A stretch of 64,000 nt of DNA from an uncultured Bacilli bacterium (GTDB lineage: Bacteria > Bacillota_I > Bacilli_A > RF39 > UBA660). Of this stretch, positions 1 to 9,799 are shown piece by piece. Position numbers and translations under genes: made by a program. Numbering within the stretch: position 1 is the first letter of the stretch; each line of letters opens with the position of its first letter. The stretch lies in the NCBI GenBank assembly GCA_934183185.1, contig CAKPSO010000003.1:3215-67214 (forward strand). The letters are read 5' to 3'. Below the pieces are notes generated by a model that saw nothing but the letters and a program-made list of their open reading frames with translations, did no database searches and was not told the DNA's origin.

Positions 1-1127
1 CCATTTTCTCCTTTAGTACGAATACCAAGTCTACGAGCTTGAGCATCACCTAGTGTAGAACATGAACCAACTTCAAAATACTTTTTTTGCCTTGGACTCC
101 AAGCTTCTACATCACAAGATTTTACTTTTAAATCAGCTAAATCTCCACTACAGCATTCAAGTGTTCTGACTGGAATATCTAAACTTCTAAAGAATTCTAC
201 TGTATAACTCCACATTTTATTATACCAATCCATTGACTCTTCTGGTTTACATAATACTACCATTTCTTGTTTTTCAAATTGATGAACCCTATATAAACCT
301 CTTTCTTCTATTCCATGTGCTCCAACTTCTTTTCTAAAACATGGTGAATAACTAGTTAAAGTAATTGGTAATTTTGTTTCTGGTACTATCTGCCCTTTAA
401 ATCTACCTATCATAGAATGTTCACTTGTACCTATAAGATATAAATCTTCACCCTCTATTTTATACATCATGGCATCCATTTCTTCAAATGACATAACTCC
501 ATTAACTACATCACTTCTTATCATAAATGGTGGTATACAGTAAGTAAATCCTTTATTGATCATAAAGTCTCTTGCATAAGTAAGCATAGCTGAATGAAGT
601 CTAGCAGCATCACCCATTAAATAATAGAATCCATTACCACTAGTTCTACCAGCACTTTCTTTATCAAGTCCACTAATACTATCTAATATATCAGCGTGAT
701 ATGGAACTTCAAAATCAGGAACTACTGGTTCTCCAAACTTTTCTATTTCTACATTTTCAGAATCATCTTTTCCAACAGGTACAGAGTCATCTATAATATT
801 TGGAATAATCATCATTTTAGCCTTTAAAACCGCTCCCAATTCTGCTTCTTCTTTTTCAATTTCTACTAATCTTTGATTGATTTCCACTACTCTATTCTTT
901 AGTTTTTCAGCCTCTTCCTTCTTGCCTTCTCTCATAAGTTTACCTATTTCACTAGAAGTATTATTTTTCTCACTACGTAAATTATCTCCCTCTAATTTAT
1001 CATTACGTACTTTCTCATCAAGTTCAATTACCTCATCAACAAGTACTAATTTCTGATCTTGAAATTTCTTTTTAATGTTTTCCTTTACTTTATCCTTATT
1101 CTCTCTAACAAACTTAATATCTAACAT
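1..1127 (-). CDS. serS: seryl-tRNA synthetase (C-terminus cut by window edge)
   Basis: Reverse translation begins MLDIKFVRENKDKV (coiled-coil arm) at ATG 1125-1127 and runs to ...YFEVGSCSTLGDAQARRLGIRTKGENG, the class II SerRS motif-3 region. The ORF continues past position 1. Confidence 0.9.
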   Translation of the reverse strand, partial: MLDIKFVRENKDKVKENIKKKFQDQKLVLVDEVIELDEKVRNDKLEGDNLRSEKNNTSSEIGKLMREGKKEEAEKLKNRVVEINQRLVEIEKEEAELGAVLKAKMMIIPNIIDDSVPVGKDDSENVEIEKFGEPVVPDFEVPYHADILDSISGLDKESAGRTSGNGFYYLMGDAARLHSAMLTYARDFMINKGFTYCIPPFMIRSDVVNGVMSFEEMDAMMYKIEGEDLYLIGTSEHSMIGRFKGQIVPETKLPITLTSYSPCFRKEVGAHGIEERGLYRVHQFEKQEMVVLCKPEESMDWYNKMWSYTVEFFRSLDIPVRTLECCSGDLADLKVKSCDVEAWSPRQKKYFEVGSCSTLGDAQARRLGIRTKGEN

Positions 1128-1879
1128 TATATATTCCTTCTTTCTTTTTCATTTTTCAATTTAACTAACTGTTTTCCATACTTTTCTCTAAACCATTCCT
1201 GTTTTTCAAGAGGAAGTTTAACTAACCTATCTTTATCATAATTATTAGTAATATCATTAATCTTTAATCTTAAAGCATTATTATTACCAGAACTAATTAT
1301 AGAATCTATTTCTCTATCATATAATTCTAATTTTTCTGTCTTAGTAAGTTTAGATGTATCAATTAAAGGTTTAGTAACTAAAAATACTACTTCTACAATA
1401 TCTCTAGTAAATCCAACTTCTAATAAGTCCATACAAGTAACATCTGTATCTTCAACTATATCATGTAATAAACCAGCTACCATTACGATATAATTATCTT
1501 CACTATTATTTGTACCACTAGATACACTCTTTAAGTGTTCTATATAAGGATTACCTGATTTATCTTTTATTCCATCAAATACTCTTCTAGTAACTACTGC
1601 CGCCTTTAAGTATAAATCATCACATTCTTTTATTTTTATTAAAGAATCTAAATCAAAATAATCAAGTAAATGATTATCACTAGAAATATTACTATAATCA
1701 TATAAATCAACTATCTTAAATATATTACGAGGAAGAGATAATAAATAAATTCTATTTTTACTACTACTATTAGTAGAACTAGATTCATATATAATCCTAA
1801 TTCCTATTTGTCTAGCTCGCATGCAGTATTCATTCATTCTGTAATAATAACTACCCAAATATAAATTTCTCATAATCAC
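1127..1879 (-). CDS. HD-domain protein resembling RelA/SpoT-type (p)ppGpp hydrolase (small alarmone hydrolase-like) with ~65 aa N-terminal extension
   Basis: Motifs SGNPYIEHL...LLHDIVEDTDVT...VVFLVTK match the RelA/SpoT HD hydrolase domain. Its stop overlaps the serS ATG by 1 nt, so the two are translationally coupled. The likely start is the third ATG (1873). Confidence 0.7.
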   Translation of the reverse strand: MIMRNLYLGSYYYRMNEYCMRARQIGIRIIYESSSTNSSSKNRIYLLSLPRNIFKIVDLYDYSNISSDNHLLDYFDLDSLIKIKECDDLYLKAAVVTRRVFDGIKDKSGNPYIEHLKSVSSGTNNSEDNYIVMVAGLLHDIVEDTDVTCMDLLEVGFTRDIVEVVFLVTKPLIDTSKLTKTEKLELYDREIDSIISSGNNNALRLKINDITNNYDKDRLVKLPLEKQEWFREKYGKQLVKLKNEKERRNI

Positions 1880-1883
1880 ACCC

Positions 1884-2060
1884 TTCGTTAGAAAAAGGAT
1901 GATACCTAAGGAGTCATATAGACGGTACCATCCTTTTATTAACTTAATTTAAATAACGGTATTACCCGGACTCTATTAAAGCCTCTAAGAAAGTAGATTA
2001 AATAGCTTCCAATCTTAGTTTCCACCAGCCACTAAGTCTCTATCAATTTCCACTATTATT
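1884..2060 (-). promoter_or_regulatory. T-box riboswitch leader (probably Ser-responsive) upstream of HD-protein/serS operon
   Basis: The minus-strand transcript contains AAAAGGAUGGUACCGUC (T-box consensus AGGGUGGNACCGCG) at 1921-1937. It forms the 5' arm of a terminator hairpin (GGAUGGUACC...GGUAUCAUCC) followed by UUUUUCU. This sits immediately 5' of the operon start. Specifier codon not assigned with confidence. Confidence 0.65.
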
Positions 2061-2114
2061 AGTTTTCTCATTGATTTACACCACTATTATATGAAAAAAT
2101 AAAATATTTATCAA

Positions 2115-2960
2115 CTATTTTCCATATCTTTTATAAAATTTATCTACTTGACTTATATGTTTTATTTTAGGTTTATCATAACTAGGAGTAATATTAGCTA
2201 CATAAGTACCACTTTTATTATTATATGGATACATCGTAATAATATCATTAGTATTACGTACTGTAACTACATATAAATAATCAACTAATTTACTATCTAC
2301 ATGTCCACAACAGTCATATTTAAATATATAGATATTATCAAAGAAATTACTGTATATTCTACCATCTAATGGTAACAAGTTTCTTAGTTTATAATATACA
2401 TCATTTAAAGGAAAGTTGTAATTAAAGATAGCTGTAGTATCATAATCACTATCAGGCATATGCCTTTCTATATGAGAAATAGCTCTTTCTGAATCATAAG
2501 AAGTAAGCTGTTCTAATAAGTACTTTTCTTTTGTGGATTTATAAGATTTTTCATTACTTTTATTAAGTTTATTTCTAAGAAACATTAAAAATCCTTCGTA
2601 TATCCACATATGATCATAAAATATTTTTATATTATTCATTAATAGTTCATAACACTCATTATATTTTTCTTGACATGAAAGTAGTTTTATCTTAACACGT
2701 AATAATTCGTCCTTTGATAGTTTAGATGTTTTCTCACTTATTTTAGCCATATCTAGTAGCTCACTAGCTTTATCAAAATAACCCTTTTTAATACAAGTTT
2801 CTGCATAATAAGTATAACCACGTAAATCATTAGGATAAAGTTTTATGTAATTATCAAACTGATACATAGCTTCATCTAATCTATATTCTTCAACTAATTT
2901 AATTATTTTAGAAAAATAAGTATTATTAAAGTATTTATTATTTCCTTGCATATAGAACAC
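2115..2960 (-). CDS. hypothetical protein with TPR-like N-terminal region
   Basis: 281 aa ORF. Helical repeat character (YPNDLRGYTYYAETCIKKGYFDKASELL). No recognisable catalytic motif. Confidence 0.5.
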   Translation of the reverse strand: MFYMQGNNKYFNNTYFSKIIKLVEEYRLDEAMYQFDNYIKLYPNDLRGYTYYAETCIKKGYFDKASELLDMAKISEKTSKLSKDELLRVKIKLLSCQEKYNECYELLMNNIKIFYDHMWIYEGFLMFLRNKLNKSNEKSYKSTKEKYLLEQLTSYDSERAISHIERHMPDSDYDTTAIFNYNFPLNDVYYKLRNLLPLDGRIYSNFFDNIYIFKYDCCGHVDSKLVDYLYVVTVRNTNDIITMYPYNNKSGTYVANITPSYDKPKIKHISQVDKFYKRYGK

Positions 2961-3019
2961 CCCTCAAAATTAATTATATATTTTATCATATATTTAATAA
3001 AGTTCAAGAAAAAAAGAGA

Positions 3020-3280
3020 CTAGATAGCCTCTACAATTAGTTTTATTGCTGTTCTTTCCTCTCCATCTATAGTAATATCAGTAAATGCTGGAATACAAAC
3101 TAAATTTTTACCACTTGGTGCTACAAATCCTCTAGCTATAGCTATAGCTTTAATTGCTTGATTTAAAGCTCCAGCTCCAACAGCCTGAATTTCTACACTA
3201 CCCTTCTCACGAAATACGTTAGCTAGGGCTCCTGCTACACTATTGGGATTAGATTTAGATGAAACTTTAAGTGTTTCCAT
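3020..3280 (-). CDS. spoVS: stage V sporulation protein S
   Basis: METLKVSSKSNPNSVAGALANVFREKGSVEIQAVGAGALNQAIKAIAIARGFVAPSGKNLVCIPAFTDITIDGEERTAIKLIVEAI is near-identical to the SpoVS family. The internal Met at 3280 is the conserved start; the ORF track over-extends to 3364. Confidence 0.9.
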   Translation of the reverse strand: METLKVSSKSNPNSVAGALANVFREKGSVEIQAVGAGALNQAIKAIAIARGFVAPSGKNLVCIPAFTDITIDGEERTAIKLIVEAI

Positions 3281-3350
3281 ATTTATTTTATCATTCCTTT
3301 CTACACTTAAGTATATGTAGAAGGCAGAAAAAAAAGACATAAAATTATGT

Positions 3351-4106
3351 CTATAATTCTTCAACTTGTGGTTTAGAAACTTTTTCTACTGGTTTAACTT
3401 CAGGTGTTTCTGAAACTTCTTGACTACTAGTATCAGGTATTTCTACAGGCGCTGCTGGTATTTCAAATGTAAATGGTTGTTGTTGAGTTTCTTCTGTTTC
3501 AGTAGCAACTGGTTTACTTTCTTCAATTTTAGGTATTTCAACTACTGGTTCTTGTACAGGTTCAACAATTTTAATATCATTAATTGCTCCACCATATGGT
3601 ACATGATGTTCTTCCATCTTAGGCAATTTTTGAGTAGCCTCTAATGGATCATTTCCACCATAAATTGTAGGTTTCTTTTCTTCTACTACAGGTATTTCTA
3701 CTTCACTAGGTTTTTCTTCACCATATACAGAAACCATTGTTTGATCTAATTTAGCTTCTTCTACTGGTTTAACTTCAACTTCAGGTAATGTATTAGTTTC
3801 AACTACTGTATTGTCTTCAACTACTGCAGGCTGAACAGTAGGAATATCTTGAACAGTTTCACTAACTTCAGGTTGAGTTTTATCTTCTACTACAGGTTGA
3901 GTACTTGTAACTTGAGTAACAGCTATAGTCTCACTACCATTAGCTTCCTTAGTATTATCTATATCTGACTCTACCTTTTCTTTCTTAGTTCCTTTACTTC
4001 CTGTAATAAATAAGATAAGCGCTACAATTAATAATACAACACCAAGTGATATTAAAATACCAGGAATTGTTGTAAACCAATCTAAACTTAACGCTAAAAT
4101 AAACAT
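3351..4106 (-). CDS. membrane-anchored low-complexity Pro/Glu/Val-rich protein
   Basis: N-terminal TM helix (ILISLGVVLLIVALILFITG), then repetitive PVxE/PEV-rich sequence. Lies immediately upstream of spoVS on the same strand. Confidence 0.5.
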   Translation of the reverse strand: MFILALSLDWFTTIPGILISLGVVLLIVALILFITGSKGTKKEKVESDIDNTKEANGSETIAVTQVTSTQPVVEDKTQPEVSETVQDIPTVQPAVVEDNTVVETNTLPEVEVKPVEEAKLDQTMVSVYGEEKPSEVEIPVVEEKKPTIYGGNDPLEATQKLPKMEEHHVPYGGAINDIKIVEPVQEPVVEIPKIEESKPVATETEETQQQPFTFEIPAAPVEIPDTSSQEVSETPEVKPVEKVSKPQVEEL

Positions 4107-4166
4107 AATTCCATCTCCCTTATTTTATTCTATTAAAATAATAACAAAAAAAAACAATAAATGCAA

Positions 4167-4829
4167 TTATTTTTCGCAAAATAAATTCCAAATATCATTT
4201 TCATTAGGCTTTCTACAAAAAACTAACTTTTCTTTAGTAATAGGATGACAAAAAGAAAGCTTATAACTACATAAAGCAATCTGCTTCTTATCTCTATTTC
4301 CATACCTCTGATCACCAACTAATGGATAACCACGAGATGAGAATTGAACTCTTATTTGATGATGTCTACCAGTAATTAAAGATATTTCTACTAAACTATA
4401 ATTATCTTTTTCAGCTATAACTTTATATTTAAGAATAGATTTTTTACCATTACTAGGAGAAACAACCCTAGTATTGCCATTACTATCTTTAGCTAGATAA
4501 TCGCATAATTCGCCTTCTTTTTCAGGTAAAATACCATTTATAACGGCTAAATACTGTTTAGAAAATTCATGATTTTGAATTTGTTTAGATAATCTACTAG
4601 CAGCTTTACTAGTTCTAGCAAACACCATTACCCCACTAACTGGTCTATCAAGACGATGAACAAGTCCCAAATAAACATTACCAGGTTTATTATATTTTTT
4701 CTTAATATAATCTTTTATAATAGTAAGCATATCAGTATCCCCAGTACTATCAGCCTGGCTTAAGATATTTTCTGGTTTAAATACTACTATAATATGATTA
4801 TCTTCATACAAAACTTCTAATTTATTCAT
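4167..4829 (-). CDS. RluA-family pseudouridine synthase
   Basis: Motif HRLDRPVSGVMVFARTSKAASRL (RluA catalytic Asp). Internal Met 4829 (MNKLEVLYEDNHIIVV) gives a typical length. Confidence 0.8.
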   Translation of the reverse strand: MNKLEVLYEDNHIIVVFKPENILSQADSTGDTDMLTIIKDYIKKKYNKPGNVYLGLVHRLDRPVSGVMVFARTSKAASRLSKQIQNHEFSKQYLAVINGILPEKEGELCDYLAKDSNGNTRVVSPSNGKKSILKYKVIAEKDNYSLVEISLITGRHHQIRVQFSSRGYPLVGDQRYGNRDKKQIALCSYKLSFCHPITKEKLVFCRKPNENDIWNLFCEK

Positions 4830-5691
4830 CAAATATATATCTCCCTGCAACTCCACATGGTAATACTAAATTACTATTTTCTATTTTTAATCCTATCTCA
4901 TCACAGTCAATAGTACCAGGTAAATCTTTAAAGTGTATTTTATATAAATTAGCTATTATCTCTTTAGATAAACCTGATGAATATGAATTGATTAAAAAGA
5001 ATAATGGCTTATCACTAAGTAACTGTCTACACAATGATACAAATGAATCTAAGTCTTTTAAAATATCCCAAACTTCTCCATTAGCACCTCTACCATAACT
5101 AGGTGGATCCATAATAATAGCATCATAATGATTACCACGTCTAATTTCTCTTCTTACAAACTTAAATACATCATCTACTAAATAACGAATCGGTCTATCT
5201 TTTAGACCACTAACTTCTACATTTTCTTTAGCCCAATCTACCATGCCACGTGATGAATCAACATGTACTACACTAGCTCCTGCTTTTAAACTAGCTACAC
5301 TAGCTCCACCTGTATAAGCAAATAAATTAAGTACTTTGATTTCTCTTTTACTATTCTTTATCTTATCCATTATAAAGTCCCAATTAACAGCTTGTTCTGG
5401 AAATAGACCAGTATGTTTAAATCCCATCTGTTTAATCTTAAATGTTAAATCTTTATAATGTACATTCCAAACACTAGGTGTTTTTTTTATATTTTCCCAG
5501 TGTCCACCACCCTGATTACTACGATAATATACCGCATTAATATTCTTATACTTCTCTTCAAGATTTCCATTATTCCATATTACTTGAGGATCAGGTCTTA
5601 ATAAATTTATATTACCCCAAGACTCTAATTTCATACCATTAGATGCATCTATTATCTTATATTCCTGCCATAAATCAGCTATTTTCATCAT
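4822..5691 (-). CDS. class I SAM-dependent (rRNA) methyltransferase, RlmI/YwbD-like
   Basis: LNLFAYTGGASVASLKAG...VDSS...IIMDPPSYG motifs of Rossmann-fold SAM methyltransferases. Confidence 0.7.
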   Translation of the reverse strand: MMKIADLWQEYKIIDASNGMKLESWGNINLLRPDPQVIWNNGNLEEKYKNINAVYYRSNQGGGHWENIKKTPSVWNVHYKDLTFKIKQMGFKHTGLFPEQAVNWDFIMDKIKNSKREIKVLNLFAYTGGASVASLKAGASVVHVDSSRGMVDWAKENVEVSGLKDRPIRYLVDDVFKFVRREIRRGNHYDAIIMDPPSYGRGANGEVWDILKDLDSFVSLCRQLLSDKPLFFLINSYSSGLSKEIIANLYKIHFKDLPGTIDCDEIGLKIENSNLVLPCGVAGRYIFDE

Positions 5692-5712
5692 ACCACCTAC
5701 TATATCATTCTA

Positions 5713-7050
5713 TCATAAATCTTTACTTTTTAAATAGTATTTTTCACTCTCTTTATTAAAATAATCCTTACCTAAATCAATAGTCATAAGTCTATCATAT
5801 ATATCATTCTGATTAACTTGAGCTTCATTTATTAAAGTTAAATATAAACTTCTAAATTTATCATCAACTGAAATATCACAACAGCTAGTATAACTATTCA
5901 TTAATTTATAAATACCATCTACTACTGCTTTATTTCCATATATCTTAGTTAATGAATCATATATTAAAGTATCATCACAAGTACTATAAGCTTCTAACAT
6001 TTTATCAGAACCAATAATTTCACACATCAATCTAACACATATTACTTCTCTTCCATAAGTATCATAAACAGGCTGTTCTTTAAAATACTCTCTCTGTAGT
6101 AAAGCAGTCATTCCCTCATCTAACACTCTATTATTTAAACACCCAGTCTTATGAATCATCTCATGTTCAATAACTACATCTCTAAAACCATCTTTAATAT
6201 GATTAGGATAACAGTAAATAATATTATCATCATAAAAACACGAACCACTAATAGTACCTAAATTATACTTATCATAAATACGTAAAGTTAACATATCATG
6301 AAACAACTTATTACAGTCCAAATATGGATTATCTAAAGCATACTGCTTTAAAGACATTAAAGTATTATAATCTTCCTTTGATAAATATGGATTATTATGT
6401 AAATTATTAAAAATAGTATTAATAGCTTTAACATGGTACTCATCATCAGAAAGTCCATCATAATTATTAGTATCATCAATATCAGTATTTAAAATCTCAT
6501 AATAGTATGGCATAGTAAATATTTGTGGTAAATGCATTGAGTCTAATAAAGTAAGACATGATAATAATAAAATAGCTTTAACTTTTAAACTATGAAATTT
6601 TACTTTTTTAGGAATAAACTTTTTTTCAAAATGAATCTGTCCCATAAATAAAATAGGAAGCCCAATAGATACAAAAGACATAGGTACAAATATCTTACTA
6701 GATATAGCGTCATAAGTAATCAAATGATTAGTTAAAATTTCTATTCCCGAAAAAAGTAAAGATATTTCTGTAATACCATTCTCTATTCCATGTAGTTTAA
6801 CATAATTATTGCAAGCATTAGTTAATTTATTTAATTTACTAAAGTTCTCCTTAATACATGGATAATAAACTATCATGCCATATTCTTCTAACTCACTCTG
6901 ACTTTTACTTTCCTGTTCTTGAAATTGTTTTAAATAACGATCAGCTTTATTACTATATTTAATTCTTTTTACTCTAAAATCTTCAAAAAATACATACATA
7001 TATCTTATTTCTTCTTCTCTTACTAAGAAATAAATCTGTTTTATATCCAT
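5713..7050 (-). CDS. hypothetical membrane protein with HExxH zinc-metalloprotease-like motif
   Basis: Central TM helices (aa ~130-200). Downstream VIEHEMIHKTG followed by DEGMTALL (possible third ligand). Start probably MDIKQIY at 7050, preceded by GGGGGG as RBS. Confidence 0.45.
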   Translation of the reverse strand: MDIKQIYFLVREEEIRYMYVFFEDFRVKRIKYSNKADRYLKQFQEQESKSQSELEEYGMIVYYPCIKENFSKLNKLTNACNNYVKLHGIENGITEISLLFSGIEILTNHLITYDAISSKIFVPMSFVSIGLPILFMGQIHFEKKFIPKKVKFHSLKVKAILLLSCLTLLDSMHLPQIFTMPYYYEILNTDIDDTNNYDGLSDDEYHVKAINTIFNNLHNNPYLSKEDYNTLMSLKQYALDNPYLDCNKLFHDMLTLRIYDKYNLGTISGSCFYDDNIIYCYPNHIKDGFRDVVIEHEMIHKTGCLNNRVLDEGMTALLQREYFKEQPVYDTYGREVICVRLMCEIIGSDKMLEAYSTCDDTLIYDSLTKIYGNKAVVDGIYKLMNSYTSCCDISVDDKFRSLYLTLINEAQVNQNDIYDRLMTIDLGKDYFNKESEKYYLKSKDL

Positions 7051-7100
7051 AATATGCCCCCCAAAAAAGTACATATAGTATACCACATATTTACTTTTTA

Positions 7101-7697
7101 TCAAGAAATATTATGACTCTTATATCTACCAATTATTAAATGTATTATATAACTACTAATTAGTATAACTAATACTGAATATAAAGCCTTTCTTACTCCA
7201 AAGAAGAAACAACCACCTACTATAATTAAGAAATTAATAATAAAGTTAGAAGAAGCAACTTTAATATTTAAATATTTATTAACTAACAGATTAACTGTAC
7301 TAATACCTCCAGAAGAAAATCCTAGTTTATAAATATATCCTCCCGTATTACCACATACTATTCCAGCTATTAAAATAAACACCATTTCCCATTCATGTAT
7401 CAAAGTAAAATCAGGAATAAAACTAGTTATTCTCACAAATAAAGGATATAAAAACGTAGCTGCCAATGAACCATAAGTAACTGATTTATCTAGAAAAAAA
7501 TAGCTAAGAACAAGGGTAATAATATTTATAATTAAAATAATAATAGATGGCTTTAATTTAAATAAATGATTTATAAGTAAAGCTAATCCTTGTGTACCAC
7601 CAGTTACTAATTCTAATGGCTTTAATATAAGATTAAAATTAATAGCCGCTATAAATAAAGCTACTGATAAAAATATATATCTTTTCATATACACCAT
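7101..7697 (-). CDS. YitT/DUF161-family integral membrane protein
   Basis: Multi-TM protein with ...LELVTGGTQGLALLINHLFKLKP typical of YitT-family N-terminal domain. Confidence 0.6.
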   Translation of the reverse strand: MVYMKRYIFLSVALFIAAINFNLILKPLELVTGGTQGLALLINHLFKLKPSIIILIINIITLVLSYFFLDKSVTYGSLAATFLYPLFVRITSFIPDFTLIHEWEMVFILIAGIVCGNTGGYIYKLGFSSGGISTVNLLVNKYLNIKVASSNFIINFLIIVGGCFFFGVRKALYSVLVILISSYIIHLIIGRYKSHNIS

Positions 7698-7766
7698 CCC
7701 ATAACTACATCTATAGTATTATCTATATATTATAAAATATTCCATTAGAAAAAGAGGTGTTCCCCT

Positions 7767-9713
7767 CTAAAAATTAACATACATGAAAGTATTATAAAGT
7801 ACTCCATTTATCTCAATATATATAGAATACTTACCATTCAATCCATCACTATTAATATACTTAGTAATATTAATACCATTTTTCTTTTCATAATCTGTTA
7901 ATAAATCTATACATAAAGCAGTATAAGGCTTTTTACTAATTCTAACATCATAATATTTAGCTACTAAGTCTTTATATAATACCACTTTAATATTATCACT
8001 TTTTTTAAATAAACCTTTAACTACTAATCTATCATATTCTTTAGTAATATTAATATCATAAGCTTCATATATATCATTAATTTTCTTACTATTAATAACC
8101 GCAATCTTACTTTTACTTACCTCTGTTTTACCTAAAGTACCTAATACTTTCATATCACTAAAAGTAAAATTTTCATTTTCATAATACATACTCATCTTTT
8201 CAACGCGATAATTATTAGTAGGTAATTTTAATTCAAATATTACTTCATTATCTAATAATTCAACTGTATCTGATAATAATGTATTATTACTACTAAATCC
8301 TGCTGGCTTGTTTGAATTCTTACCATCTACGTACACAATACCTCCAGAGTGAATTATATAATGATTACTGGCTATATAATCAACATCTGATATATATGGT
8401 GAATAAAAACTACTACCGCGACTCTTACCATATTCAAATACTTGCTTAATAGTCATATCCTTAGTATTTATTTCATACATAACTCCTCTACTATAACTAT
8501 TAGTAGCATCAACATAATTAGATTCATTCTTAGATTTATTATTACCATTATCAAAAATAAATACATACCCTTCAGGTGTAATCATAGCCGCATGTTGACT
8601 CCATTGCCATTCAAAATTATCTCCTATTGGTTTAAAGAAATATTTCTGATACTCACTACTCCAATTAGTAGGATCTCCAATTATCCAATTAAGTTTTCCT
8701 GTATCATAATTAATATTAATTACTGCATCTTGATGTCTCCCAGAAAGAGTAATTGAATTAGTATTCTTATCATACCAAACTGAATTATTATGAAACCAAT
8801 CATAGCTAGTCCAATTTTCACTTTTACCATCTTCCATATTCAATATTTTTTTAAGATCAAACGTTCTAACAGTATCCCCAGTTTTACGATCAAGTTCCAC
8901 AACCACATCTTCTACTGTTCCATCTTCATTATTAAAATCATCACTTGCTACCAATATATTACCATTATCCATTTCAAAATAATCATGATGATAACCACCT
9001 TTTAAACGAAACTCCGTATAAACTTTACCAAGTAAATCAATTTCATATAACCCAGTCATATAATATGGACTATTAATTTGTCTATCACTACTTACTAATA
9101 GATGTCCATTTTCTAATCTATCTATTTTCCACAAAGCATAATTAGTCAAGTACCAACGTACATCACCATTAACATCATAAGCACATGTATAGCCACTACT
9201 AGATGGAGTATAAAAATATAAATCATTATTTAGTTTTTCCTTATTACTTTTAATATAACTAGGTAAAACCATATCATCAGGTAACTTATCAGTTTTAATA
9301 ACTATTTCCTTTTTAATATTCTCATACTCTATAATAACTTTATTATCTGTATCAGCATATAATCCATAAATTGGAAGATAATGCTTTTTGCTAGACTTAA
9401 AATTATGAGTATAAGTAGTTAAAGAATCTTTACCAGATATTGTAACTCTAGGAGATACAGTATCATTAGTACTAAATATAACTAATGCAGTTAGTGGTGA
9501 ATTACCATATGGATTTAAAATAATATTAGGATTGTCTATAGTATATCCATCTATTTTAAATTTCTTTTCCATATCACTTTGCTTATCACTAATACTAAGA
9601 GTAACAGCAACAGATTTACCATTTTCCATTTTCTTATCTAAAATAAATAAGAAACTAATAATAATAAATATAATAATTAAAATAAAAATAAATATTTTTT
9701 TCTTTTTCATCAT
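7767..9713 (-). CDS. arylsulfotransferase (ASST) family beta-propeller protein, N-terminal membrane anchor
   Basis: N-terminal TM, then repeated blade-like segments (NGHLLVSS..., WFHNNSVWYD..., HQDAVININYDTGKLNWIIG..., WQWSQHAAMITPEGYVFIFDNGNN) matching ASST-like propellers. Confidence 0.5.
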   Translation of the reverse strand: MMKKKKIFIFILIIIFIIISFLFILDKKMENGKSVAVTLSISDKQSDMEKKFKIDGYTIDNPNIILNPYGNSPLTALVIFSTNDTVSPRVTISGKDSLTTYTHNFKSSKKHYLPIYGLYADTDNKVIIEYENIKKEIVIKTDKLPDDMVLPSYIKSNKEKLNNDLYFYTPSSSGYTCAYDVNGDVRWYLTNYALWKIDRLENGHLLVSSDRQINSPYYMTGLYEIDLLGKVYTEFRLKGGYHHDYFEMDNGNILVASDDFNNEDGTVEDVVVELDRKTGDTVRTFDLKKILNMEDGKSENWTSYDWFHNNSVWYDKNTNSITLSGRHQDAVININYDTGKLNWIIGDPTNWSSEYQKYFFKPIGDNFEWQWSQHAAMITPEGYVFIFDNGNNKSKNESNYVDATNSYSRGVMYEINTKDMTIKQVFEYGKSRGSSFYSPYISDVDYIASNHYIIHSGGIVYVDGKNSNKPAGFSSNNTLLSDTVELLDNEVIFELKLPTNNYRVEKMSMYYENENFTFSDMKVLGTLGKTEVSKSKIAVINSKKINDIYEAYDINITKEYDRLVVKGLFKKSDNIKVVLYKDLVAKYYDVRISKKPYTALCIDLLTDYEKKNGINITKYINSDGLNGKYSIYIEINGVLYNTFMYVNF

Positions 9714-9770
9714 AACATTCCTCCACCTCCATTATTAATAATATTTTCTATTAAATCAATAAACTTGGAG

Positions 9771-9798
9771 TTGAAAAAACTCAACTAAAAGTTGAGTT
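9771..9798 (-). terminator. rho-independent terminator after membrane XRE gene
   Basis: AACTCAAC-TAAAA-GTTGAGTT hairpin flanked by an A-run on + (T-run on minus). Confidence 0.6.
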
Positions 9799-9799
9799 C

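Noticed and set aside
3420-3644. 74 aa plus-strand ORF within 3351-4106
   Set aside because: Phe/Trp/Tyr-rich antisense translation of a repetitive gene. No independent support.
8442-9738. Three plus-strand ORFs (8442-8756, 8790-9005, 9532-9738) inside the arylsulfotransferase-family gene
   Set aside because: Low-complexity Ile/Phe-rich translations of AT-rich antisense sequence. They have no RBS and are fully nested in a 648 aa gene with coherent domain structure.
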